Below, piece by piece: positions 28,554 through 39,032 of a stretch of 64,000 bases of DNA. Source of the DNA: an uncultured Acidimicrobiaceae bacterium (lineage in GTDB: Bacteria > Actinomycetota > Acidimicrobiia > Acidimicrobiales > RAAP-2); NCBI GenBank assembly GCA_963800725.1, contig CAWDCE010000022.1:118575-182574 (forward strand), in the 5' to 3' direction. The position numbers and the translations under genes were made by a program. Within the stretch, counting starts at the first letter, position 1. The number at the start of each line of letters is the position of its first letter. The notes beneath the pieces were generated by a model that saw only the letters and a program-made list of their open reading frames with translations, was not told where the DNA came from and ran no database searches.

Positions 28554-30287
28554 TTATAGCAATTCGGCCGTGACCTCGGTCGCCAGAATTTGGGCCGCTT
28601 CGGCGAGCGGCAACTCTCGATCACTGCCATCGCTGCGCCGGCGGACCTCGGCCACCCCCCGCTCGATCCCCTTGCCCCCGATGAGCAACCGGTGCGGGAG
28701 GCCGAGCAGGTCGGCATCGGCGAATTTCACGCCCGGGGAGACGTCCCGGTCGTCGTAGAGGACCTCGACCCCGAGGGAGGTCAAGGCGTCGTAGAGCGCT
28801 TCGGCTGCTTCGGCCACGGCCCGATTGCGCCCGGCGCCGAGAGTGACCAGGTGGATGGCATAAGGGGCAACGGCACTCGGCCATAGGAGTCCCGCCTCGT
28901 CGTGGTGCTCCTCGGCCAAGATGGCGAGGAGGCGTGACATGCCCATGCCGTAGCAACCCATCCACATCGGGGCCTCGGTCCCGGCCTCGGTCAGGTAGGT
29001 CGCTCCACTCATCATCGAGGAGTACCGCAGGCCCAGCTGGAAGGTATGGGCGGCTTCGACGGCTTGGACCAACGACAGCGTGCCGTCGCAGTTGGGGCAG
29101 GGATCCCCATCGACAACCACGGCATACGAACCCCACTCGTCGACGTGGAAGTCTCGATCGAGCCAGACGTTGGCGAGGTGTGCATCGGGGCGATTCGAAC
29201 CGGTGACCCAGGGACCAGGACGGCCTTGGATGAACTCGTCGGCCACGACCCGGACCCCGGCCTCTTGGAGCCCGAGCGGTCCGATGTAGCCCCGGACCAG
29301 ACCCGAGTGCGCGACGAAGTCGGCCTCTTCGAAGAGGCGCCAGCCATGGGGAACCCGGGCCTCGCGGTGCCCGGGCACCAATATCACCACCGGGGCGCCC
29401 TGATCATCGACCGCCGCCATGGACTTCAAGAAGACCTCGGGCCCGACCTCTTCACCCCGAGCACGCAAGAGCGCGACCACCTCGTCGATTCCCGGGGTGT
29501 CGGGGGTGTCGTGGGTCACCGGCGCGCCGGTTGCCGCACCGCTGGCTGAAGCGGCGGCGGCGGGTCGGGCGAGCGCGGCCTCGATGTTGGCGGCATAGCC
29601 GCACGAGGGGCAGCGGGCGAAGTGGTCCTCACCGACCACCGACGGAACCATGAACTCGTGGTTGACATCGCCGCCGATGGCCCCTGACTGGGCGACGACC
29701 GGCGTCACGTCGAGAGAAAGCTTGGCAAAGATGCGCAGGTACGCATCGAGCGCGATCTGGTAGCTCTCCCCCATCGTCGCCTTGTCGGTGTCGAATGAGT
29801 AGGCGTCGCACATGACCAGCTCGCGGGTGCGCATCAGCCCGAATCGCGGGCGAGCCTCGTCTCTGAACTTGGTCTGGATCTGATAGACGGTGACCGGCAG
29901 CTGGCGGTAGGAGTCGACCTCGGCGCCGACCGTGCGAGTGGTGACCTCTTCGTGGGTCGGCCCGAGCACGAACCGCCCGCCTCGTGCCTCGACCAACATG
30001 GCCGGAAGCGCATCTTGACCGAAGTAGGCCGAACGGCCGCTCTCCTCCCACAACTCATAGGGGCTGAGGGCGGGCATGAGCATTTCTTGCATGCCCGCCG
30101 CATCGAGTTCGCGCCGCACCAGGGTCTCGACCTTGTGCAGCACCCGCCAACCGAGCGGGAGGTAGGTATAGACCCCAGAAGCCAACCGTCGCACGAAGCC
30201 ACCCCGAACCAAGAGCGCGTGACCCTCGACATCGGCGTCGGCCGGTGCGTCGCGCAGCGTTCGCACCAAGAGTTTGGACATGCGCAT
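28554..30287 (-). CDS. proS: proline--tRNA ligase (bacterial type with editing domain)
   Basis: MRMSKLLVRTLRDAPADAD..., class II motifs (FRDEARPRFGLMRTREL, GCYGMGMSRL). Intact. Confidence 0.95.
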   Translation of the reverse strand: MRMSKLLVRTLRDAPADADVEGHALLVRGGFVRRLASGVYTYLPLGWRVLHKVETLVRRELDAAGMQEMLMPALSPYELWEESGRSAYFGQDALPAMLVEARGGRFVLGPTHEEVTTRTVGAEVDSYRQLPVTVYQIQTKFRDEARPRFGLMRTRELVMCDAYSFDTDKATMGESYQIALDAYLRIFAKLSLDVTPVVAQSGAIGGDVNHEFMVPSVVGEDHFARCPSCGYAANIEAALARPAAAASASGAATGAPVTHDTPDTPGIDEVVALLRARGEEVGPEVFLKSMAAVDDQGAPVVILVPGHREARVPHGWRLFEEADFVAHSGLVRGYIGPLGLQEAGVRVVADEFIQGRPGPWVTGSNRPDAHLANVWLDRDFHVDEWGSYAVVVDGDPCPNCDGTLSLVQAVEAAHTFQLGLRYSSMMSGATYLTEAGTEAPMWMGCYGMGMSRLLAILAEEHHDEAGLLWPSAVAPYAIHLVTLGAGRNRAVAEAAEALYDALTSLGVEVLYDDRDVSPGVKFADADLLGLPHRLLIGGKGIERGVAEVRRRSDGSDRELPLAEAAQILATEVTAELL

Positions 30288-30413
30288 AGCTGCGCAGGCT
30301 AGCGGCGACAACGATCGGCGCGCGACCAACCGAGGGCCATCACATGGCGGCGACCACGGAGCACGGAACCCTCGAGCACCGGTGCATCCGGGGCGTGAGC
30401 GCCCTCGGGGTGC

Positions 30414-31643
30414 TCAGGTCTCGCCGTGCCGCCGGATGATCTCGATCTTGGCCGAGGTGTGATTGGGGTCATCGCCGGTGGCGTCGATCAAGGCCCGTCG
30501 GTCCTCCTCGGCCTCGGCCTCGGCCCCGGCGTCGGCCGCGGCCAACCGGGCTTCGATCCCTTCGGCGACGAGCCGCTCGGCCTCTTCGACCAGGGCGGCG
30601 ACCATGCCTTCTTCTGGCACGACGCGCACGATCTTGCCCCGGATGAACAGATGGCCCTTCGCCTTGCCCGCGGCGATCCCGATATCGGCCTCTCGCGCTT
30701 CGCCCGGACCGTTGACGACGCACCCCATGACGGCGACCTGGATCGCCAAGTTGCGTGATTCGAGCGCCTCTTGGGCTTCTTTGGCCACCGCAATCACGTC
30801 GACCTGGGCGCGGCCGCAACTCGGGCACGCAATGAGGTCAAGGCCTTTGCGCTCGCGCAACCCGAGGGCCTCGAGCAATTGGCGGCCCGCCCGGGCTTCT
30901 TCGACCGGGTCGGCGGTGAGGGAGAACCGGATGGTGTCCCCAATTCCCTCGGCCAAGAGGGTGGCGATTCCCGCGGTGCCCTTGATGAGGCCCGCCGGTG
31001 GTGGGCCCGCCTCCGTCACCCCGAGGTGCAACGGGTGGTCAAAGGTTTCTGCCGCCAGCCGGTAGGCCGCGATCATGAGTGCGACCGAAGAGGCCTTGAC
31101 CGAGATCTTGACGTCGTTGAAGTCGACCTCTTCGAAATAGGCGAGTTCATTGCGGGCCGATTCCACCAGGGCCTCGGGGGTCGCCCCTCCATACTTCTTG
31201 TAGAGATCAGGGTGCAGCGATCCGGCATTGACCCCAATACGGATCGGCACGCCGCGGTCGCGGGCCTCGGCGGCGACCTGCTTGATTTCGGCCTCTTTGC
31301 GCAAATTGCCGGGATTGAGTCGCAAACCTTGGACGCCCGCCTCGAGCGCGGCGAGCGCCATCTCGTGATGAAAATGGATATCGGCGATGATCGGCACCGG
31401 CGAGCGCGGCACGATCTGGGCCAAACCGACCGCCGCCGCCTCCTCGTTGCAGGTGCAGCGCACGATGTCGGCGCCCGCGGCGGCGAGGGCATAGATCTGG
31501 ACGAGGGTCCCCTCGACGTCCGCCGTCTTGGTGGTGGTCATCGACTGCACGCTCACGGGCGCCCCGTCGCCGATGGGGACCCCACCGAGGGTGATGCGAC
31601 GAGTGGGGCGCCGGGGCGAGAGCAATGACGACGTCAGTTCCAC
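30414..31643 (-). CDS. ispG: 4-hydroxy-3-methylbut-2-en-1-yl diphosphate synthase (GcpE)
   Basis: Contains VQSMTTT, IVRCTCN, CPSCGR and MGCVVNGPGE. The start is set to GTG 31643, downstream of the rseP-like stop. Confidence 0.9.
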   Translation of the reverse strand: MELTSSLLSPRRPTRRITLGGVPIGDGAPVSVQSMTTTKTADVEGTLVQIYALAAAGADIVRCTCNEEAAAVGLAQIVPRSPVPIIADIHFHHEMALAALEAGVQGLRLNPGNLRKEAEIKQVAAEARDRGVPIRIGVNAGSLHPDLYKKYGGATPEALVESARNELAYFEEVDFNDVKISVKASSVALMIAAYRLAAETFDHPLHLGVTEAGPPPAGLIKGTAGIATLLAEGIGDTIRFSLTADPVEEARAGRQLLEALGLRERKGLDLIACPSCGRAQVDVIAVAKEAQEALESRNLAIQVAVMGCVVNGPGEAREADIGIAAGKAKGHLFIRGKIVRVVPEEGMVAALVEEAERLVAEGIEARLAAADAGAEAEAEEDRRALIDATGDDPNHTSAKIEIIRRHGET

Positions 31644-31659
31644 AGGCCCGCCCGACTGA

Positions 31660-33003
31660 TCACTGGAAGAGGTTCTTGATCGGGTGCGTGATGTCGAGAT
31701 AGACGCTCGAAACCACAAAGAGGGCCAAGAAGGCCATCACCACGAACACCACCGGAAAGAGCTTTGTAATGTCGGCCTTGTAGTAGGCGGCACCCTTTTT
31801 GGTCCGGATCCATTCGTAGCCGGCGATCGCCACGTGGCCACCGTCGAAGGGGAGCATGGGCAACATGTTCAACAATCCGAAGACGATGTTGATCAGGATC
31901 AAGAATTCGAGAAGGAAGAAGATCCCGTCTTGTTGGGATTGACTGCCGAGATGGACGATGCCGATGAGTGAAATCGGGCGCACCGCGTGCCCGGGATTGG
32001 CGGCCACTTGGGCCGCGTCCTTCGAGTTGGACACTTGGTGGAAGACCGACGAGATCCCGCTCGGCGCGAACAGGTGGCCAATGCCGGCGATCTCCCCGGT
32101 CGTCACCGCCCAGACATTCTGCGCCGAGAGCGTGACGGCATGGAGCGGGTTGACCGAGCGACTGGTCTGCTCGGTCTCGACACCGACAAACCCGTGGGGG
32201 GATTTGGCGGTCTTTGGGGCGAGGACCGAACCCCCGACCTTGAGGCCACGGGCATCGACCGGGGTCACCGTGACGTGGCGCAGGTGACCGTCGTGCTCGA
32301 CGCCGAGGGTGACCGGGTGGCCGCTGAGATGTTCGATCGTGTCGGGCAGTGCGTTCGGGCTCGAAAGAGCCTTGCCATTCATCGAGACGATGACATCGCC
32401 CGGCCTGATGCCGGCCTTTTGCGCCGGGGCGGCTGCGCCGCCCGCCAGATGGTCGAGGTGCACGACGCGCTGATCGTTGGTCGCGGTCCCAAAGCACAGC
32501 ACCGCGATCAGACCCAAGATGAAGGCCAAGAGGAAGTGCATCGCCGAACCGGCCGAACCGACGATCATCCGCTTGCCGAACGGTTGCTGGCGATAGGCCC
32601 GCGGCTCATCCTCCTCGGCCACGTCTTCGAGCACCGTAAACCCCGTGATGCGGACATAACCGCCGGCGGGAATGGCCTTGACGCCGTATTCGGTCTCCCC
32701 GCGCCGCACCGACCACAGCCGGGGACCGAAACCAACGAAGTACTCGGTCACCTTCATGCCGGCCCACTTGGCGGTTGCGAAGTGACCCAACTCGTGCAGC
32801 ATCACGGTCACGATCAAGATGGCGATGAATAGCAGCAGATCCCCGAGACCGAACAACAAGAACACGGCGGTGATGAGGGCCAGTGCCACCAACAGCCGAA
32901 TGACCTGGCCGAAATTTCCCGTCTCGATGACCACGGCATCGTCGCCGTGGCCCTCTTCGGCCGGAGAAACCTCGGCGCGCGGCCCCTTCTCGGTCACAGT
33001 CAT
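31660..33003 (-). CDS. M50 family site-2 protease (RseP/Rip1-like) with PDZ domain
   Basis: HELGHF zinc motif, central PDZ (GIRPGDVIVSMNG), and NMLPMLPFDGGH. The start is taken at ATG 33003. Confidence 0.85.
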   Translation of the reverse strand: MTVTEKGPRAEVSPAEEGHGDDAVVIETGNFGQVIRLLVALALITAVFLLFGLGDLLLFIAILIVTVMLHELGHFATAKWAGMKVTEYFVGFGPRLWSVRRGETEYGVKAIPAGGYVRITGFTVLEDVAEEDEPRAYRQQPFGKRMIVGSAGSAMHFLLAFILGLIAVLCFGTATNDQRVVHLDHLAGGAAAPAQKAGIRPGDVIVSMNGKALSSPNALPDTIEHLSGHPVTLGVEHDGHLRHVTVTPVDARGLKVGGSVLAPKTAKSPHGFVGVETEQTSRSVNPLHAVTLSAQNVWAVTTGEIAGIGHLFAPSGISSVFHQVSNSKDAAQVAANPGHAVRPISLIGIVHLGSQSQQDGIFFLLEFLILINIVFGLLNMLPMLPFDGGHVAIAGYEWIRTKKGAAYYKADITKLFPVVFVVMAFLALFVVSSVYLDITHPIKNLFQ

Positions 33004-33031
33004 CGCGTAGGTAACGCTACCCGGCCGGTCC

Positions 33032-34190
33032 TCACACGGTGCGTCGGGCCACCACCGCTTCGGCAACCACCCTGGCTTCTGCGTCGGCCGCCAACACGCT
33101 TTCGACCTGGTCTATTGGTTCGTCACGCCACGACTCGAGGGTCTCGGCCACGACGTCGGTAATGCCCCGCCAGGTCAATCGTCCCGCCAAGAAGGCCTCC
33201 ACCGCGACTTCGTTGGCCGCACTCAACCAGGCTGGTGCCGAACCACCCTTGCGCCCCGCGGCATAAGCCAGGTCGATGCCCACGAACACCGCCCGGTCGG
33301 GAGGCTCGAAGGTGAGCGTCGTCGACCCGCTCCAATCCAGTGCGCCAAAGGGGTTACCAAATCGATCGGGGAACGACAATGCATAGCCAATCGGGAGGCG
33401 CATGTCGGGTTCTGAGAGTTGGGCGATGGTCGATCCGTCGCGCCACTCGACCATCGAATGGACCACCGACTGGGGGTGCACCACGATGTCGATTCGGTCA
33501 TAGGAGATGCCGAACAATTCGTGAGCCTCGATGACCTCGAGCCCCTTATTCATCAGCGTGGATGAATCAATGGTGATCTTTGGACCCATGGACCACGTCG
33601 GATGCGCCAATGCGTCGCTAACGCTGACCGCGTCGAGCTGCTCGGCGCTGTAGCCGCGGAACGGCCCACCTGAGGCGGTGAGAAGGAGACGCGCCACCAT
33701 CGTCGGGTCCGCGGCTCGCAGTCAGACACTGGTGCACGGCGCAGTGTTCCGAATCGACGGGGACGATCTCAGCACCTGGGGTGCGCCGGGCTTTTTGGAC
33801 CACCGGTGCCCCGGCGATGAGGGATTCCTTGTTGGCCAGTGCGAGCCGCTTGCCCGATTCGAGGGCCGCCATGGTCACGGGGAGACCGGCGAAGCCGACC
33901 ACCGCGTTGAGTACGACATCGGCGCACCGAGCTGCGGCCGTCAATCCCTCGATGCCCGCCATGACTTCGGTGCCGGCGGGCACGCCCTCGCGCACGGTGC
34001 GGACCAGGGCCTCATCGCCAATCACGACGAGATCGGGATGCAAGAGCTGCGCCTGGGCCACGAGGAGCTCGGTCGAGCTGTGCGCCGCCAGCGCGGTCAC
34101 TTTGAAGCGTTCGGGGGCGTGTCGCAGGACGTCGACCGCTTGGGTGCCAATCGAACCGGTCGATCCCAGCAGACTGACGGAGCGCATCAT
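33032..34190 (-). CDS. dxr: 1-deoxy-D-xylulose-5-phosphate reductoisomerase; one frame break as sequenced
   Basis: Track ORF 33618..34274 has MMRSVSLLGSTGSIGTQ...ANKESL...PVDSEHCAVHQCL. ORF 33032..33700 then has |ADPTMVARLLLTASGGPFRG...HPTWSMG. The break is near 33727. Confidence 0.9.
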
Positions 34191-34191
34191 G

Positions 34192-35001
34192 TCACCCGAG
34201 GTGCATGGCCTTGACCACGAAATAGGTCGCGGGCAGGACGAAGAGCAACCCGTCGACCCGGTCCAAAATCCCACCGTGGCCGGGCAGGATGCGGCCCATG
34301 TCCTTGAGCCCGAGATTGCGCTTGATCATCGACTGGCTCAAGTCCCCGAGCGGCGCCACGACGGCCACCACCACGCCCAACACCAGCGCCTTGCCCACAG
34401 TCCATGGATGGATGAAGTGCACCACGATCACTGCGGCCAAGATCGCCGCAACCGCGCCGCCGGCGAAACCCTCCCAGGTCTTGCCCGGGCTGATCGACGG
34501 CGCCATTGGATGGCGTCCCAACGCCGAACCCACCAGCAGCGACGCAACGTCGGCCGCCACCGTGACGATGACTGCGGCCAAGAGGAAGGCGATGCCTTCA
34601 CGGTTGGGGAACACGCTCGGCGCAAGCAACAAAGCCGCAAATGACCCGAACACGCCGATCCAGATGAAGACGAAGACTGTCGAGGTCACCCCGGCGACGG
34701 GATCGGCACCCGGTTCGACTTCGGCCATGAACCACACGAAGGTGGCGACCACCAAGATCACCACCACCAACGGCAGCGCGGCGACGCCCTTGTTGTACGT
34801 CTCGATCATGAGGGACATGGTCGCCACCAGGCCGAGCAAGGTCGCCGGGTGGTACTGCGCTCGCCGGAAGGCGGCGAAGGCCTCGGCGGACGCTAAGACG
34901 ACGACGACGAAAGCAATAGCCAGCGAGGGCAAGTTGCCAGCCGAAAAACAGAGGAGGGCGACGATGCCCAACACGATCCCCGAGCCAATGGCGAGCCGCA
35001 T
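34192..35001 (-). CDS. cdsA: phosphatidate cytidylyltransferase (minimal 269-aa version)
   Basis: Signature SMIKRNLGLKDMGRILPGHGGILDRVD and multiple TM helices. ATG 35001 lies 1 nt after the stop of the upstream ORF. The protein may instead continue upstream (see findings). Confidence 0.85.
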   Translation of the reverse strand: MRLAIGSGIVLGIVALLCFSAGNLPSLAIAFVVVVLASAEAFAAFRRAQYHPATLLGLVATMSLMIETYNKGVAALPLVVVILVVATFVWFMAEVEPGADPVAGVTSTVFVFIWIGVFGSFAALLLAPSVFPNREGIAFLLAAVIVTVAADVASLLVGSALGRHPMAPSISPGKTWEGFAGGAVAAILAAVIVVHFIHPWTVGKALVLGVVVAVVAPLGDLSQSMIKRNLGLKDMGRILPGHGGILDRVDGLLFVLPATYFVVKAMHLG

Positions 35002-35002
35002 G

Positions 35003-35800
35003 TCACGGCCTTGGGTGCCGCTTGGCGTCGGTGCGCTCGAGTCTCCACCGCCACTGACCCGACGACGCGTCGAGCGCGGAAGTGCGTGGAGACGTGCTCG
35101 GCGGTTCAGGTGGTCGCAGCCGTGACGCTGCGGCGGTGCTGGCGGCGGGGGCCACCGGAGTCGGCGGCACGCCGCGCACGGACGCGTCGGGGGGCGGCGC
35201 CACATCTTCTTGGATGATCGAGACGATCCCGCTGGGCGCATCTTCGACCTTGGGCTCGTAGGTGGAACCGAAGTCGGCCAGGGGCGAGGCGATGACCAGC
35301 GTGTCCTCGTCGCTCGGCAGATCCTCGTCATCGAAGTGCCAGGGTTGGCGGTCGACGTCGATGGCCTCATTGTTGTCATTGACCATGGAGCCGACCGCTG
35401 GCAAGTCGTTGGACAGCATCGAGGGCTCGAACAGCTCCTCGTGGGCGGCCCAGTCGGTCTCCTCTTCGCGCCAACTCGGGGGTGCAACGGTCGATTCGTC
35501 GCCGGTGCCGCGGTCCAAAATGGCCGGAACCTGCCCGGTTGGCGCGTCGTTCCAGTGCGGCATCTCGAGATCGGGCTCGTCGGCCGGCAGCGCGTCGTCG
35601 AGTCCGTCACCACCGAGCAGCGGCAGCTCGTCGTCGGCACCGAAAAGCGCCCCGGTCGCGGCCGGTTCTTCGGGAACCGCGGTCCCCGCAGGCTCGGCCC
35701 CGATGATGCGTACCCGCCCGGACCGGTAGATCGGGGGATCCTCGTCAATCCCACCGCCCTCTGGGCCTGGGGTCACCTCGTCATCGCGGTCGTCGGTCAT
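35003..35800 (-). CDS. acidic, Pro-rich hypothetical protein (or a disordered N-terminal extension of CdsA)
   Basis: 265-aa ORF rich in D/E/P (MTDDRDDEVTPGPEGGGIDEDPPIYRSGRVRIIG...PHWNDAPTGQVPAILDR...). No family recognised. It lies between frr and cdsA on the same strand. Confidence 0.45.
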   Translation of the reverse strand: MTDDRDDEVTPGPEGGGIDEDPPIYRSGRVRIIGAEPAGTAVPEEPAATGALFGADDELPLLGGDGLDDALPADEPDLEMPHWNDAPTGQVPAILDRGTGDESTVAPPSWREEETDWAAHEELFEPSMLSNDLPAVGSMVNDNNEAIDVDRQPWHFDDEDLPSDEDTLVIASPLADFGSTYEPKVEDAPSGIVSIIQEDVAPPPDASVRGVPPTPVAPAASTAAASRLRPPEPPSTSPRTSALDASSGQWRWRLERTDAKRHPRP

Positions 35801-35813
35801 GGATTCGTGTTCC

Positions 35814-36383
35814 TCAAACCTGCAGGAGCTCTTGCTCTTTTTGCGCCAGGAGTCGGTCGATCGAACTCACCTGTTCATGGGTGAGCTTCTCGATGTCTTT
35901 CTCCACCCGCTCCAATTCGTCGGTGGAGAGTGATCCGTCCTTCTGCAATCCTTCCAGCTCTTTGCGCGAGTCGCGTCGAAGGTTGCGTACCGCCACCTTG
36001 CCCTCTTCGGCCTTGTGGCGCACCACCTTGACCAACTCTTTTCGGCGCTCCTCGGTGAGGGTCGGGAATGAAAGGCGGATGACGTTGCCGTCATTGGTCG
36101 GATTGATCCCGAGGTCGGAACCCGCAATCGCCCGTTCGATGTCGTTGAGGGATCCCTTGTCATAGGGGGTGATGACCAAGAGCATCGCGTCGGGAACGCT
36201 GAATCCCGCCAGCTGGCGCAGCGGCGTCGGCGATCCGTAGTAGTCGACGATCAGGGGTTCGAGAAGGGCCGATGAGGCCCGACCGGTTCGTACGTTGCTC
36301 ATTTCGGAGCGGACATGGTCAATGGCCTTGTCCATCTTCTCTCTGGTCTCCTCGACCACCAGGCCGACCAGCTCATCATCCAT
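35814..36383 (-). CDS. frr: ribosome recycling factor
   Basis: MDDELVGLVVEETREKMDKAIDHVRSEMSNVRTGRAS...RNLRRD. Confidence 0.95.
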   Translation of the reverse strand: MDDELVGLVVEETREKMDKAIDHVRSEMSNVRTGRASSALLEPLIVDYYGSPTPLRQLAGFSVPDAMLLVITPYDKGSLNDIERAIAGSDLGINPTNDGNVIRLSFPTLTEERRKELVKVVRHKAEEGKVAVRNLRRDSRKELEGLQKDGSLSTDELERVEKDIEKLTHEQVSSIDRLLAQKEQELLQV

Positions 36384-36429
36384 CACAGGCCTCCGGTGAA
36401 GCGGGTGGCTCGCGCCGTCAGAGATGTCA

Positions 36430-37149
36430 CTAGCGGACCAGCGTACCGATCTGTTCGCCGCTGAGCGCACGAGGGATGTTTCCCGGGATCATCAGGTTAA
36501 AGACCCTAATGGGCAGGTTGTTGTCCTTGCAGAAGGTGATGGCGGTCAGGTCCATGACCCGCAGGTCACGCTGGATGACCTCCATGAAGGTGACCTCGTC
36601 ATATCGCGTTGCGCTCGGGTCGAGCTTCGGGTCGGCTGAATAGACCCCGTCCACGCCTGAATGGGTGCCTTTACATAAAAGCTCAGCCCCAATTTCGGCC
36701 GCCCGGAGCGCGGCTGGGGTATCGGTCGTGAAAAAGGGATTGCCCATGCCGGCGGCGAAGATGACAATCCTGCCTTTTTCGAGGTGCCGGATGGCCCGGC
36801 GCCTGATGTAGGGCTCGGCCACCTCGGCCATTGACAGTGCGCTGAGCACACGGGTCGCCTGGCCTTGCTGTTCGAGGGCATCTTGGAGCGCGAGCGCATT
36901 GATCACGGTGCCGAGCATCCCCATGGTGTCCGACGTGGCCCGGTCCATGCCGCCGCTCTCACCCGTCGTGCCACGCCATATGTTGCCGCCGCCGACCACG
37001 ACGGCCAGCTCGAGATCGCCACCTTGCATGGCGCGGGTCATCTCGACGGCCATCCGTTCGACGGTCGCTGCGTCGATGGTCTCGTCCGATGCCGCCGAAG
37101 CGAGCGCTTCGCCTGACATTTTCAGGACGATCCGTTTGGGCTGTCCCAT
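36430..37149 (-). CDS. pyrH: UMP kinase
   Basis: [21 protein letters not shown] and [11 protein letters not shown]. Confidence 0.95.
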   Translation of the reverse strand: MGQPKRIVLKMSGEALASAASDETIDAATVERMAVEMTRAMQGGDLELAVVVGGGNIWRGTTGESGGMDRATSDTMGMLGTVINALALQDALEQQGQATRVLSALSMAEVAEPYIRRRAIRHLEKGRIVIFAAGMGNPFFTTDTPAALRAAEIGAELLCKGTHSGVDGVYSADPKLDPSATRYDEVTFMEVIQRDLRVMDLTAITFCKDNNLPIRVFNLMIPGNIPRALSGEQIGTLVR

Positions 37150-37163
37150 GTCTGACCCGCGGC

Positions 37164-37958
37164 TCAGGAGCCGATGACGACCTGGGCGAAGGCCACGATC
37201 CGCGCCGAGCCGAGCATGCCGGTAATCGTCTGCTTCTCGTCCTTGACGTAGGACTGGTCCAACAGCACACGCTCTTTGAACCAACCGTTCATGCGGCCGT
37301 CGACGATCTTGTCGAGGGCCGCCTCGGGCTTGCCCTCTTTGCGACTCAGTTCGGCCACCGTGGCGCGTTCAGCCTCGATGTCGGCAGCGGGGACGTCGTC
37401 GCGACTGAGGTAGGTCGGCTTGGTGAACGCGATGTGCACCGCCACGTTGTGGGCGAGGTCTTCGTCGCCGCCTTGGAGTACCACCGCCACCGCGTTGACG
37501 CCACGTCCGGCCTGCTGGTGCAGGTAGGTGTCGACCACCTGTCCTGGTTCGGCCACCAGGCGCTGGACCCGGCCGACCGAGATGTTCTCCTTCAGCGTCG
37601 TGCGCAGACGGTCGATCTCGTCGTTGAGCTCGCCGACGGCCTCTTCACCCTTGGAGGCAACGAGGGCGGCGAGTTCGTCGGTCAGCGCCACGAACTCGTC
37701 GGCCTTGGCCACGAAGTCCGTCTCGCACCGCAACTCGACCACGGCAGCAGCTTCGCCGTTGCGCACCGCAGCGACGGCTCCTTGGGTCGCTTCGCGCTTT
37801 TCGCGCTTGGCCGCTCCGGCCAAGCCGTTGAGGCGGAGGAACTTCGCCGCTTCTTCCATGTCGCCCCCCGTCGCCTCGAGCGCCTTCTTGGCGTCGAGCA
37901 TGCCGGCACCGGTGGACTGGCGTAGGGCTTGTACATCCTTGGCAGTGAAGTCGGGCAT
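37164..37958 (-). CDS. tsf: translation elongation factor Ts
   Basis: [28 protein letters not shown]. 264 aa, intact. Confidence 0.95.
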   Translation of the reverse strand: MPDFTAKDVQALRQSTGAGMLDAKKALEATGGDMEEAAKFLRLNGLAGAAKREKREATQGAVAAVRNGEAAAVVELRCETDFVAKADEFVALTDELAALVASKGEEAVGELNDEIDRLRTTLKENISVGRVQRLVAEPGQVVDTYLHQQAGRGVNAVAVVLQGGDEDLAHNVAVHIAFTKPTYLSRDDVPAADIEAERATVAELSRKEGKPEAALDKIVDGRMNGWFKERVLLDQSYVKDEKQTITGMLGSARIVAFAQVVIGS

Positions 37959-37960
37959 GC

Positions 37961-38870
37961 TCAGGCCTCCGCCGTCGCGCTCGCCACTTCAGCGAGCGGC
38001 GCTTCGGGCGTCTCGCTCTGGGCACCGTCGCCCGACGCGGCGTCGGCCGCCGGGGCGTCGTTGGCTCCGGCGACCGGGGGTGCGTCGCTGGACGGGGCCG
38101 GCGGGGCCGGGACCCGTCGCGGGCGCGGGACGGGCCCGAGGGCGCCTCTTCGGCGGCCGGGGCCGGTGCGTTGGCGCGCCGGTGCTCCGCGATGAAGCGC
38201 CCTTCGACCACGGCGTCGGCCAATACCCGGCACATCAATGAGCCCGAGCGGATGGCATCGTCGTTGCCCGGGATGACGTAATCGATGACGTCAGGGTCAC
38301 AGTTGGTGTCGACGACCGCAACCACGGGGAGACCGAGCTTGCGGGCCTCGGTCACCGCAATGTGTTCCTTTTTGGTGTCGATAACGAAGATGGCGTCGGG
38401 CAGCTTGCCGAGATTGGCGATACCGCTCAGGTTGCGGCTCAACTTCTCGAGTTCACGGGTGTGCGAAGAGCCTCGCGCTTGGGCATGCCCTCGAAGTCGC
38501 CGGCCGCCTGCATGGCCCGCAGCTCTTGCATCCGCTTGACGCGGCCCGAAACCGTGGCGAAGTTGGTGAGCATGCCGCCCAGCCAGCGCTGGTTGACAAA
38601 GGGCATCCCACACGCTTCTGCGTACTCGGCGATCGGGCCTTGGGTCTGCTTCTTGGTGCCGACGAACAAGATGGTCCCGCCCCCAGCGACCAGGTCGCGT
38701 ACATAGGAGTACGAGGACTCCACGCCGGTCAGGGTCTTGCGAAGGTCGATCAGATAGATCCCGTTGCGCTCGCCAAGAATGAAGCGCTTCATCTTCGGGT
38801 TCCATCGGCGCGTCTGGTGGCCGAAGTGCACCCCGGCTTCCAGCAGCTGTCGCATGGAAACGACGGCCAT
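37961..38870 (-). CDS. rpsB: 30S ribosomal protein S2 with an Ala/Pro/Asp-rich C-terminal tail; two frame breaks as sequenced
   Basis: Track ORF 38439..38870 has [19 protein letters not shown]...PKREALR. A second frame continues |[57 protein letters not shown]. The tail ...[18 protein letters not shown] is in 37961..38233. Breaks fall near 38462 and 38135. Confidence 0.9.
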
Positions 38871-39032
38871 AGTTATTCCTCCAGTCGGTTACTCCCCCGA
38901 GTGCCGCGCCCTCTGGTGAGGAGCGACCGTGGACGCGCCCGGGTGCGTGTTGGTCGGTGGTGCCACCCATCGGTCGATGGGCCTTGCCACATTAGCCGAT
39001 CAGGCACCGAGTCCTTGGCGCCGAGGCGGGTG

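Noticed and set aside
35001-35754. N-terminal 250 residues of the 520-aa track ORF 34192..35754 read as CdsA
   Set aside because: This stretch is R/P/S/T-rich and overlaps the acidic ORF, which reads far more protein-like in another frame. Only the part close to the ATG at 35001 may be genuine (see the CdsA finding).
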